64,000 nucleotides of DNA, taken from NCBI RefSeq assembly GCF_004010195.1, contig NC_057751.1:3685707-3749706 (forward strand). The letters are read 5' to 3'. A program made the position numbers and the translations under genes. Below are positions 11,308 through 22,986 of this stretch, piece by piece. The notes below the pieces were generated by a model, which had not been told where the DNA came from, made no database searches, and was given only the letters and a program-made list of their open reading frames with translations. This DNA is from Chiloscyllium plagiosum. Lineage: Eukaryota. Position 1 is the first letter of the stretch. Each line of letters begins with the position of its first letter.

Positions 11308-13600
11308 TCATAGAACATAACAGTACAGTACAGACCTTTCAGCCCTTGATGTTGCGCCACCCTGTGAAACCAAGCTGAAGCCTATCTAACCTACATTATT
11401 CCATTCTGGCCCATGTGCCTTTCCAATGACCATTTAAATGCCCAAAACGTTGGCGAGTATACAACTGTTGCTGGCAGTGTGTTCCATGCCCCTACTACTC
11501 TGAGTAAAGAAACGACCTCTGACATGTCCTTTATCTATCACTCCTCAATTTGAAGCTATGCCCACTCGTGCTATCCATCACCATCCTCGGAAAAAGGCTC
11601 TCACTATCCACCTGATCTAAACCTCTGATTATTTTAAATGTCTCAATTAAGTCGCCCCTCAACCTTCTCTCTAATGAAAAACAGCCTCAAGCCCCTCAAC
11701 CTTTCCTCATAAGACATTCCCTCCATACCAGGCAACATCCTCATAAATCTCCTCTGAACCTTTTCCAAAGCTTCCCTGTCCTTCCTATAATGTGATGACC
11801 AGAACTGTACACAATACTCCAAGCAAGGCCGCACCACATTTTTGTACAGCTGCAGGATGACTTCTTGGTTCCGAAACTCGATTCCTCTACCAATAAACGC
11901 TAACACACCCTATGCCTCTTGAACAGCTCTCTCAACCTGGGTGGCAACTTTGAGGGATCTATGTACATATGACTCCGAGATCTCTCTGCTCATCTACACT
12001 ACCAAGAATCTTACCATTAGCCCAGTACTCTGCATTCCTGTTACTCGTTCCAAAGTGAACGACTTCAGACTTTTCCACATTAAACTCCTTTGCCACCTCT
12101 CAGCCCAGCTCTGCAGCTTATCTACATCCCTCTATAACCTGCAACATCCTTTGGCACTACCCACAACTCCACCAACCTTAATGTCGTCCACAAATTTACT
12201 AACCCATCCTTCTACGCCCTCATCTCGGTAGTTTATAAAAATGACAAACAGCAGTGGACCCAAAACAGACCCTTGCTGTACATCACTAGTAACTGAACTC
12301 CAGGATGAACATTTCCCATCAACCACCACCAATTTCTGATCCAAACCGCTGAATTGCCCTCAATTCCATGTCTCCGTATTTTGTGCATAGCCTACCGTGG
12401 GGAACCTTCTCAAATGTCTTACTAAAAACCATATACATCACATCAATGGCTTTACCCTCATCCACTTGTTTGGTCACCTTCTTAAAGAACTGAATAAGGT
12501 TTGTGAGGCACGACCTACCCTTCATGAAACCGTGTTGACTATCCCTAATCAACTTATTCCTATCAAGATGATTATAAATCCAATCGCTTATAACCTTTTC
12601 CAACACTTTACTCACAACCAACGTAAGGTTGGTACTTATCAGGATTGGCTCTACTCCCCTTTTTGAACAAGGGGACAACATTTGCTATCCTCTAGTCTTC
12701 TGATACTATTCCTGTAGACAATGACGGTATAAAGATCAAAGCCAAAAGCTCGGCAATGTTCTCCCTGGCTTCCCAGAGAATCCTAGGATAAATCACATCT
12801 GGCCCGGGGGATTTATCTGTTTTCACACTTGGCAGAATTGCTAACACCTCCTCCTTGTGAACCTCAATCCCATCTAGTCTCGTAGCCTGTTTCTCAGTAT
12901 TCTCCTTGACAACATTGTCTTTTTCCAGTGTGAATACTGACGAAAAATATTCATTTAGCGCTTTTCCATCACCTCTGACTCCACCCACAACTTTCCACTA
13001 CTGTCCTTGATTGGCCCTAATCTTACTCTAAGTCATTCTTTTATCCCTTATGTATATATAGAAAGCTTAAGGGTTTTCCCTGATCCTATCTGCCAAAAAG
13101 CTTCTTATGTCCTTTTATCGCTCATGTTAGCTCTCTCTTTAGGTCTTTGCTGGCTACCTTGTAACTCTCAATCACCCAAACTGAGCCATCACATCTCATC
13201 CAAACATAGGCCTTCTTCTTCCTCTCGACAAAGATTCAACTTCCTGAGTAAACCATGGCTCCTGCTTTCGACAACATCCTCCCTGCCTGACCTGTACATA
13301 CTTATCAAGGACACGCAGTAGCTGTTCCTTGAATAAACTCCAGATTTCTATTGTGCCCATTCCCTGCAGTTTCCTTCCCCATCCTATGCATCCTATGTCT
13401 TGACTAATCGCGTCATAATTGCCTTTCACCCAGCTGTAGCTCTTGTCCTCTGGTGTATACCTGTCTCTTTCCATCGCTGAAGTAAACATAACTGAATTGT
13501 GGTCAATTTCACCAAAGTGCTTACCTACCTCCAAATCTAACACCTGGCCAGGTTCATTACCCAGTACCAAATCTAATGTGGCCTCCCCCTTCTTGGCTTG
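11308..13600 (-). mobile_element. CR1 LINE, 5'-truncated, with internal deletions
   Basis: [66 protein letters not shown] and the 3' UTR tail near 11310. Confidence 0.95.
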
Positions 13601-14802
13601 TCTATATAGTTTCATTTCGAACTGGCTTATTGACTGGTTTCTTGCCTCAGAGAGAGTGAATCATTTGTCAGCAATGCTGGGGTAATTAATGGATGGTTTT
13701 TCGACAGCGAGTTTCATAGTACACTAGCACTCGAACGCAGGTTAGTACACATGAGCACCTTAGCTCGCAAGTACAAATAGACCAGAGTTGGAAACTGGGT
13801 TTAACACTCCATCGTTGTACATTCTTGAAAGGGGAAAGCACCACCTGCCTTTGGCCTTTTATCCTGTCATGTTCACAGTCTGAGGTATTCAAAGGATATT
13901 ACAGTTCAGCTTGAAATCCATTTCTCCCTTTGAAGTTTCCTTGACACTTTCAGATGTAACATTCCAGGTTTTATTTTTGCAGACAGCCACTGAATTTACA
14001 TCTGTAGCCATCAGTTGGCTGTGTCTTCTATTTAAAAAGAACACATGCTGCAACTACAAGTTCTAGAGGTGATCGAGGGTTATGATCCATGGTTATGTGA
14101 TTGTTAAGGAGTGCAGACAGGTTGCCAAAATGGTAGGTATTTGGAAAAGGCAATGGAGCCTTTTGAGTAAAACTAGAATAGATTTTTACAGGTAAACAAA
14201 ATGAGTGAAAATATACCCCAAATGGTAACATTTTCAAGCAGTGGCAGAAGAGGATGAGCAAAGCATATACACAGATTTTCAAAAACAGGATTATGGGTGT
14301 AAAATGCTGCAAGCAAAGCAAATGGAATGGTGACTTTTTTTTAAACAAGGAGCACTGAGTTCTGAGCCAAAAGACATAGGATTCAGTGTTAATTTTTCCC
14401 CTCCCACTACCCTGGCGGAGCAAATTGAAGGCATAGATAAACAGATATTTTAAAGCAAGCATCTGAAGGCCACAAAGAGTGATGTAGAGGTTTTGACATT
14501 CTAGACTATCAGGGAGTTTGGGGGTTTACGCTTTTGCTAAAAGTGGGAGCCTGGGAGAAAAGAAGACAGTCCCAGAACTGAAAGAGTAGAGAATGTAAAC
14601 AGGGATGAAGAGCTAGAAGAGTGTTGTATTGGGTAGAAAGGGGAAAGATTTTTTCATGAAAAACAAAAAAAAAATTTGACACCAGTGTGCTGAGGGACAA
14701 GGATACACAGCAAATGAACAAGGATAGCAGCGGTGGATGTCTTTTATTGTGTTAACAGACATATGCAAATGAAAGCTGTTGATTTACTTTACATTGGTAG
14801 GC

Positions 14803-14927
14803 GAACGTGAGGACTGCAGATGCTGGAGATCAGAGCTGAAAAATGTGTTGCTGGAAAAGCGCAACAGGTCAGGCAGCATCCAAGGAGCAGGAGAATCGAA
14901 GTTTCAAGCATAAGCCCTTCTTCAGGA
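14803..14927 (-). mobile_element. Short PLE family-A pLTR-only insertion
   Basis: The reverse complement starts tcCTGAAGAagggcttatgcttGAAACttc and continues through the conserved tail. Flanked by ttggt(a/c)ggc. Confidence 0.8.
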
Positions 14928-15619
14928 GGCTTTGGTCGGCTGCTTTTCTATAAAATGGACTTCAGGAGGAAATGAAGAGCATCGTTTTAGAAGTTATGGC
15001 AGAAACATAAAAGGGGATGTAATCATGCAAGGGTTATTTGAATCGTCGAGCTAATGACAGAAACTGAAAGTGAATCAGAGCAATATTTAAAAGGAGGAAA
15101 GTCCTAAAAAGGATGGGAAAACACCTCAGAAATAAAATTAGTTAGCTCCAAAGTGAGCTCACACTTGCAAGGGAACAATGGGTTGAAACTCTGACAATCC
15201 ACTCTTATAATTCTGATTCAAACAAATCAGATAGCACAGTTCAATAAAATTCAAGAATGCTGCTGCATTTCATTGAATTTATTGCGACACAATGGCACAT
15301 TTTTGTGGCAGTGTGTTTGGTACAGATAGCCATTTCTTTTCTTGTGTTCAGATCAAATGTTAAATAATTCAGTTGAAAGACCGAATCAACGTTTTAAACA
15401 AGTCGCTATCTCATATTATCAAGCATTTTACATTTTTCTGCAAATTAGACATGCATAAATAGTGATGAAAGTCAAGAATGAAAACTTCCTTTATCCTTCT
15501 AACATAGAGCCAAAGGAAGGAAGCAATATCTTACTGATATCATATTTGTGTCAGCTTTACCCAACTACACTGATGCAACATAATTTGTCTTAATCTACAG
15601 CGAACATTGAAAGAAAATG

Positions 15620-15756
15620 CCCCCATCACCCCCTTTATCTAGAGCTCCCCCTACACCCAACCCCAGTCCTGAAGAAGGGTTACACCTGAAACACTGACTT
15701 CTTCACCTTCTGATGCTGCCTAGCTTGCTGTATTCTTTCAGCCTCATGCCTGTCTA
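15620..15756 (+). mobile_element. PLE terminal repeat (another family) with hammerhead motif
   Basis: agtc-CTGAAGA-a-gggt-tac-acct-GAAAC-act-gact at 15665-15699, with agtc/gact as stem I. Confidence 0.65.
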
Positions 15757-18169
15757 TATTAAGTAACGGTAGCATTGAGTTTGGTACTGATCCCACAAGT
15801 AAGGTCCCAGGTGCAAGCACTGGTCCATGTTGAATAAGCTGATTTCAAATGGAGTCTGTGTGAAACAAAGCCAAACTATATTTTGATCAAATAGTTTTTC
15901 ACTCCCCCCGCTAGTTTATGAAGAGCAGCAATTTCTTATCATGGTTAAAAATGCAACCGGCTTTTGTGAATGTCACTTTTAAAAATAAACACTGCTCCAT
16001 ATGTTTCAGTGGGTTTGCAAGCTGTGTCATTCTTGGTGACTGCAAATGTCACCAACAGCAGTTCCTTAATGCAATTACAATCTGAACACTGCGATATTGA
16101 TATTAAGGGTTATAAAGAGTGAAGACAGGGTATATTAGTGTAACCAAAAGCATCATGAAGGCTTGGGACAAAATATCTCCAAGAGCGTGACAAAGACTCA
16201 GGATTTTTCTGACGAGTATGTCACATTATTCGACACATTCTATGAACATGACATCAAATTCACTCATAAAACTAAGAATCATTTCATAAAAAAGGAACTG
16301 AGATATCCCATCCCTTCCAGTCCTTCAATGAAGTACACGAAGATAACATTTTGCTCTCGACTGAATTTCATCCAGTCACAAGAGTCATTCAGCATACTTT
16401 TGTAAACATGGAACTTCAAGATTAATAAAAACCTTTCTAGAGTAAGTGAAACTCCACAGAAGATGTCAATCTTGCTGATGAGTCACAACTTCCAGTGTTG
16501 TTAACATTCAAGAGATAACACAATTAGAGTTTGCAGTGGATGGTAGGGTCAGCCAACTTGATCAGGATCTAATATCAGAGATTGGTAAAGGATGGCCATT
16601 TGTGGATAGTGAAGCATTAGTGTGCGAATATTAGAGACTGGGATAAGATGCTGGATGTTCAAATATGTAAACAAGGTCCTTTTATCCAAGAAACTTTAAT
16701 TTTGAATGCCCGATCTCCAATTGTGTTGGAAAATATTGGGCTTAGTTTTCTGATTTGTTTGGCTAATTGTGATTGGCGGGTTTGGGAGAGTGATTCTTGG
16801 TGAGTTTTCTTGCTGTTCAAATCAAAGTAACTGCATTATTTGCCATTTCAGCCCTTATTATATCACATTGAGAGGTTTACATAGCTCACTGATTGCCAGA
16901 TTTCCAGACTAGCTGGGACCAAAATCAAAGAAGGATGGGAGCAAAAAATACCCTTATCAGTCTGTGTGCCAATTCACTGGCTCCATTCCACCTCTGGGTC
17001 ATTTTTGTGGCCATGGGATTTGGAAAAGGACAGCAATGAACAATCTTACAGGAAGTGAAGATGAATCTCCAGGATTCTGCTGTGTGGAATCTTGGATAAA
17101 ATTCACAGGGACTGCAAAAGGGATTTTGATTTTTGCTATTTTCTGTCTACCATATTTATAGATATTGAAAAGGGTGGAGAAAAAGACTGTTTGGATGACA
17201 GTCAAGCATTGTCCATGCAAAGTAAGTCTCCTTGTTTTCTCATTGATGTTGGAATGCAGTGTATCACAAGGATGGACGCAGTGGCCAATACTGGCTGGAG
17301 CTTGGGAGCAAGTTATGTGATGAAACCTTCAGGAATGTATTTCATCACAGTTTGCAAACCTTAGGGAGGAGGGGCAGGGCTAGCCAATCAAGAATCAGGT
17401 TTTAGAGGGGTTGGAAGGCAGTTTAAGTAATTGGAAGCATGTTCCTGGCTGCCGACTGAGCATAATTCTTCATGCCCCAGTCATTTAGATCCCATCTGAT
17501 GGTACAACTAGACAAGTTAGACCTCAGAAAGAAATCTAACTTGATAGATCATTTTGTTTCTTTTAGTTGACATGGTGATTGGTCAATAAAACACTGTCAC
17601 GCAAGTCTGCAGAGTTTCTTTAACAACAGAACAGAGGTTGAGGACAAGACAAGTTATCTGGATGAAGAAGGCAGGTTAGGAAAATCAACAATTATTCTGA
17701 ATTGAAAACAAACTCATGGCCGTCGATGGTTACCCAACCTACACCACAATAAATACATTTCCATGAACACACCATAGGGGTTGACAGCCACCTTCTTTCA
17801 GAGCAATGCTGAAGTTGTCGCTGTTTCACAAGGTCCTCAAGATTACTTTGAAGAGAACCTTCACAGAAATGAGCCACGTTCATCTGAGTTTATGATAAAA
17901 TTTACCCTGTAAAAATGGTGTGTTGCAAGGTGGATTTTGCACACCAATCTGATCACATTTACTCAATAATGAATGTCCTAAGAGTTACACTGACTATCAA
18001 TTCAGATATGGTCCTGCAGTGTAGTGCCCTTGCGTACGCCTGAAGCTACATATTTGTACGCAGAAAGATTCTGTACATTTACTACACCTGCTTCAACTTT
18101 ATAAAATTAGGGACAACAATTCTCAGGTTCATACCTCAGTGCAATGTCATAGTCAACCTTCTTGGTTTG

Positions 18170-21070
18170 AATTTAAAGAAAGCTTGACAGTTAACGGTCA
18201 CTCATCATCTGACTGGTACATTCTGTGTGGCAAACATGGCTAAAAATCAGGCTCATCCAGGTGACCTCGGCACCAGAAAAGACAACAGAAAAACAACCTT
18301 GCTGGCCTTGCAAAATCTTCCTAACTAACACTTGGATGCTAGTGCCAAAACTAGGAGAACTGTCTCACAGACTAGTCAAACAATATTCTGGCATTGTCTG
18401 GAAGGTATGATTTCATGCGAATGACAACATCCCAGCCAATACTATCACTGTCCCTGGATACATCTGTCCCACCAACAAGACACACTGGTGACACAGTGGA
18501 ATACAGGCAGGAAGAAGTTGCCATGGGAGTTCTCAACATCGACACCAGACTCATGAAGTCTCTTGGCTCCAGGTTAACCACAAGTAAAGAAACCTTCTGC
18601 TGGTTACTCAGTACCTTCCTCACTTGGCTGATAAATATTGAACAATGCTTGGAGGCAGCACTGAGGATGGAAAGGCACAAAATATACACTGACTGGTGAA
18701 TTTCAGAGTCCATCAGCAACAGTAGTTCAGCAGCAGCACTACTAATTGAGCTGATCAGACCCTGAAAGACTCAGCTATTAGATTGGGTCTGCCACAGGTG
18801 GTGTGGGAACCAGCAAGAGGGAAAAACATACTTGACCTCATCCTTACCAACGTGCAGCTGACCCACCTGTCAGCTACAAATGCATCCACCCATGACAATA
18901 CTGCTAAGAGTGACCACTACACAGTCCCCATGGAGGCAAAGTCCCACTTTCACTTTGAAAACACTCTGTATTGTGTTGTGTGGCACCATCACTATGCTAA
19001 AAGGAACAGACTTTGAACAGATCGAGCAACTCAAGACTTGGCATCCATGAGGTGCTGTGGGCTATCAAAAACAGCAGAACTTGACTCCAGCACAATGTGC
19101 AACCTCATGGCCTGGAATATCCCTCACTCAACAATTGCCATCAAGCCAGGAGATCAATCCTGGTTCAATGGAGAGTCCAGGATTGCATGCCAGGAGCAGC
19201 ACTGGGCATCACAAAAATGTTGAAATTTGGTGAAACTACTGAACAGGACTAATTGCATACCAAACTGTATAAACAACAAGTGATAGAGTTAAGCAATCCC
19301 ACAAACAATAGATCAGATCTTAGCTCTGCAGCCCTGCTACATCCAGTCGTCAATGGTGGAGGACAATTAAACAACTCACTGGAGCAGGAAGCTGCATAAA
19401 TATCCCCATTCTTACTGATAAGAGACACCAACAGAACAGTGAAAAGTATAAGGCCAAAGCATTCACAGTATCTTCTCCAGTGAAATTTCCTCCAATTTCC
19501 CCCGGATCACAGATGCCAGTCTTCAGACAATTTAATTCAATCTATCGGATATTCAGAAATGGTTGAAAGCACTGGATGCTGAAAAGCTATGGGCCCTGAC
19601 AACATTCTGGCAATAATATTGAAGACTTGTGCTCTGGAACTTAACCATCTCTGAGCCAAGCTTTTCAGCACAGACATCTACCTGATGAATTAGAACATTG
19701 TCCAGCTATGTCCTGTACATAAAATGTAGGACAAATCCTACCTGGCCTTCCGCTTCTGCTTGTTCATCAGTTAATTGATGAAGTGTCATCAACAGTGCTC
19801 TCAAGTCGCACTTGCTTCGCAACAACCTGCCCACTGATACTCAATTTTCGTTACACCACGGCCACTCAGTTCCTGTCCACATTACAACCTTAGTTAAATG
19901 TGGACAAAAGAGGTGAATTCCTGAAGTGAGGTAAGAGCGACAGCCCCTGATATAAAGGCTGCATTCAATGGAGTACAGCAGCAAGGAGTCCTTGCAAAAC
20001 TGGAATCAATGAGAATCAAGGGACAAACTCTCCACTGGTTGGAGTCATACCCTGGCACATGTGAAGGTGATTGTGATTATTGGAGGTCAGTCATCTCAAC
20101 ATCAGGACAGCTCTGCTCTCAGGGTGTTCTCATCAGCCTAAATATCTTCAGCTGCTTCATCAGTGACCTTACCTCCATCAGAAAGTCAGAAATGGGATGT
20201 CCACCGATGATTGGACAATGTTCAGCCCCATTCATGGATCCTCAGATAATGAAGTCGTCCATGTTCAAATGCAACAAGATCTATACAATATGCAGGCTTG
20301 GGTTGACAACTGGCAAGGAACATTCGCGCTTTACAGTGCCAGGCAATGATCATCTCCAATCAGAGACAATCTAACCACTGGCCTCAACATTCAATAATGT
20401 TCCTCTCACTGAATACACCCCTTATCAACATCCTGGGGGTTATCTTAATGAGAAATTCAACAAGACTCACTATGTAAATACAACAGCTACAAAAGCAGGT
20501 TAAAGGTTAGGAAGACTACGGTGAGTAACTCACCTCCTGACTCTCCAAAGTCTGTCCATCATCTACAAAACATAAGTCAGGACTATGATAGAATACTCCC
20601 CACTTGGCTGGTTGGATGAAGATTCAACAACTCTAAAGAAGCTGAGATCATCAAGGACAAAGCAGCCCTCTTAAATGGCACTGCAAGCACAAGTATCCAG
20701 TCTCCCCAACATCAACACTCAATGGCAGCACTGTGTACTATCTACAAGGCGCACTGCAGAAAAATCACCAAAGATCTTTTGACACCACCTTCCAAACCCA
20801 CAACTATTTCCATCTAGAAGGACAAGGACACCAGATATATGGGAACACCACCACCTGTAAGTTCCCTCCAAACCACTCACCATCCTGACTTGGAAACGTA
20901 TCGCTGTGCCTTCACTGTCGCCACGTCAAAATCGTGGAATCCCTTCCCTACAGGCATTGCAGGTCTGTCTGCAGCACATGGACTGCAGAAGGTAGCTCAC
21001 CACTACCCTTAAAGGGTAACTATAGACACACAATAAATGCTGGCACCATCCCACAAGTGATTTAAATAAA
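18170..21070 (+). mobile_element. L2/CR1-group LINE, near-complete but heavily decayed ORF2
   Basis: Endonuclease motifs LTNTWMLVPKLGEL, RGKNILDLILTN and SDHYTV. RT motifs KAMGPDNI, DIKAAF, LHWLESY and FSCFISDL. The 3' end contains caataaatgctggc...catccca. Confidence 0.85.
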
Positions 21071-21079
21071 AGTAATTGG

Positions 21080-21605
21080 TTAAATTGGATTAGACTTGTT
21101 CTCTGTGGACTTGTCACACCTGAGCACTTTTCCACAATGGAGGGTTTATGCCAGTTTATAGCTGTACTGGATAACTTGACTAGAAGTGTGATTAGTTCTC
21201 CAGAACAAGTTTTTAGTTCTTCGGTAAGCTCCATTGCCTTTTTAGCATTCAGCACACTCAGCTGTTTCTTGATATCACGTGGAGTGAATCAAATTGTATT
21301 ATAACAGCCATCTTGTGATAATAAGGACTTCAGAAAGGTGCTGAGATGGATCATTCACATGGTACTTTTGGCTGAAAAAACTGGGAACATTTCAACTTGT
21401 CCTTTGCACACTTATATTTTATTTTGAGGATGGGAGATGCTCATGTAGCTGTCTTCTTTACACATTTTTGAATCTCTACCACCATTCTAAATTGGATGTG
21501 TGATATGAACAATTGATTGTGGAATAATTTCATTCTGTCAAAAGCATGTTCCTATTGTGTTTAGCATTATTGCAATCCTGTGTTGTAGCTTCACGAAGCT
21601 GGCAC
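21080..21605 (-). mobile_element. Inverted fragment of the same L2/CR1-group LINE
   Basis: Degenerate reverse-complement similarity to the 19200-19750 region. Confidence 0.55.
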
Positions 21606-21869
21606 TCATTTTCAGAGGCAAAAGACTGTTGTTGGAATAGTCTTTCTTTCCACAGATAGTGCCAGACCTGCTAAGTTTCTCCAGCAATTTCTGTTTATGT
21701 TTCAGATTTGCAGCACCTGCAGTTATTTATTTTTATTTAAATTTCTAGCTTGTGAACACTGAGTGGATATCCTGCAATTGTCCACAATCCCTAGCACTGC
21801 TATTATCCTTATACAGGTCCCTGTGTACCTAGACAAACAGTCTCGAGCTGCCCTACACAATGCAGGCTA

Positions 21870-22085
21870 GTGAAAACTAGCACCACGTTTTGTGGGCAGG
21901 GACCTGGAAGCCCTGCTCAAAACGGTGGTGCACAGGCCTCTTCCCCAAGATGAGCAGAGGAGGCCACAACACCACATCATGCCTAGACTGAGGTTGCCAC
22001 CAAGGTTCAGTGCAGCCTCAGCCATCCTGAGAAAAGCACAGCAATGTAGGAAGAGGTCTGTGACCTTCTTCACTCTGGCAGTGGA
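21870..22085 (+). pseudogene. Myb/SANT-like DNA-binding domain relic, probably from a PIF/Harbinger transposon
   Basis: Across frameshifts: APRFVGRDLEALLKTVVHR..PQDEQRRP...EVATK.SAASAILRKAQQCRKR..DL, matching the Myb_DNA-bind_5/NAIF1-like pattern. Confidence 0.6.
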
Positions 22086-22764
22086 AGTGCTGCCACCTTC
22101 TCTCCAATATCTCACACTCATTCTACATCTGCTATTCATTGTACTCACCTCCCAAAAAGGCTCAGGCTCTCCCATTCACATTGATTCCAACAGTATCTTC
22201 TCCGACTCGCTGTCACCCACTCCAACCCTGACACCATCAGGCCTTCTTCAGTTCCTACTCACTCGTTCTGGATGCCTCCCCACTTAGATAGAAAGTAACG
22301 GCTGTGCCACCCACTTTTATCTCCCATAACATCTGCCTCTCTCTCAGTTCGGGAGCAAACAGGCCACAATAGGGCAGAAAGAATCAAGACGGATGGCATT
22401 CTGCCTGTCATTTGACTCCTCACCACTTCCAAGGAAAGGATCCTGACTGTGACTGCATTGATTGACCATGGTCAAGTCCCTGGACTGGTTTTGGAGACTG
22501 TCCTTGACTTAGTGTGTCAGCATCCCATGACTGAAGGCAATCTATCTTGATTTGATTTGACTAAGGACTGCTGACAACCATGACAATCTTCTCAGCTTTA
22601 AGTCTGCACAGAATAACAAGGCAAGACAGGAGTACTCTGACGCCCGAATCTCTGAATGAGGGGGACAATGCATAAAAAGGAAAGGCAATGCGATAAAGCA
22701 GGCAACATCAGTAGGCTCAAAGTGAGCACTCTGACTGTGAGCAAACAGACCAGAGATGTTCCTT

Positions 22765-22986
22765 AGGTAAAAACAATGACTGCAGATACTGGAAACCAGA
22801 TTCTGGATTCGTGGTGCTGGAAGAGCACAGCAGTTCAGGCAGCATCCAAGTAGCAGTAAAATCGACGTTTTGGGCAAAAGCACTTCAGCAGGAATACAGG
22901 CCTGATGAAAGGCTTTTGCCCAAAACGTCGATTTTACTGCTCCTCGGATGCTGCTTGAACTGCTGTTCTCTTCCAGCACCACTCAT
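22765..22986. mobile_element. Palindromic (inverted pair) PLE family-A pLTR insertion
   Basis: 22811-22893 is approximately the reverse complement of 22900-22981. 15-bp TSD ccag(a/g)gatgttcctt at 22750-22764 and 22987-23001. Confidence 0.88.

Noticed and set aside
16163..16405. 80-aa ORF
   Set aside because: Non-ATG start, no recognisable homology and no splice support.
17740..17885. Further possible Myb/SANT relics (here on the minus strand, and KQAWLEVS near 46530)
   Set aside because: The similarity is too weak to support by eye.
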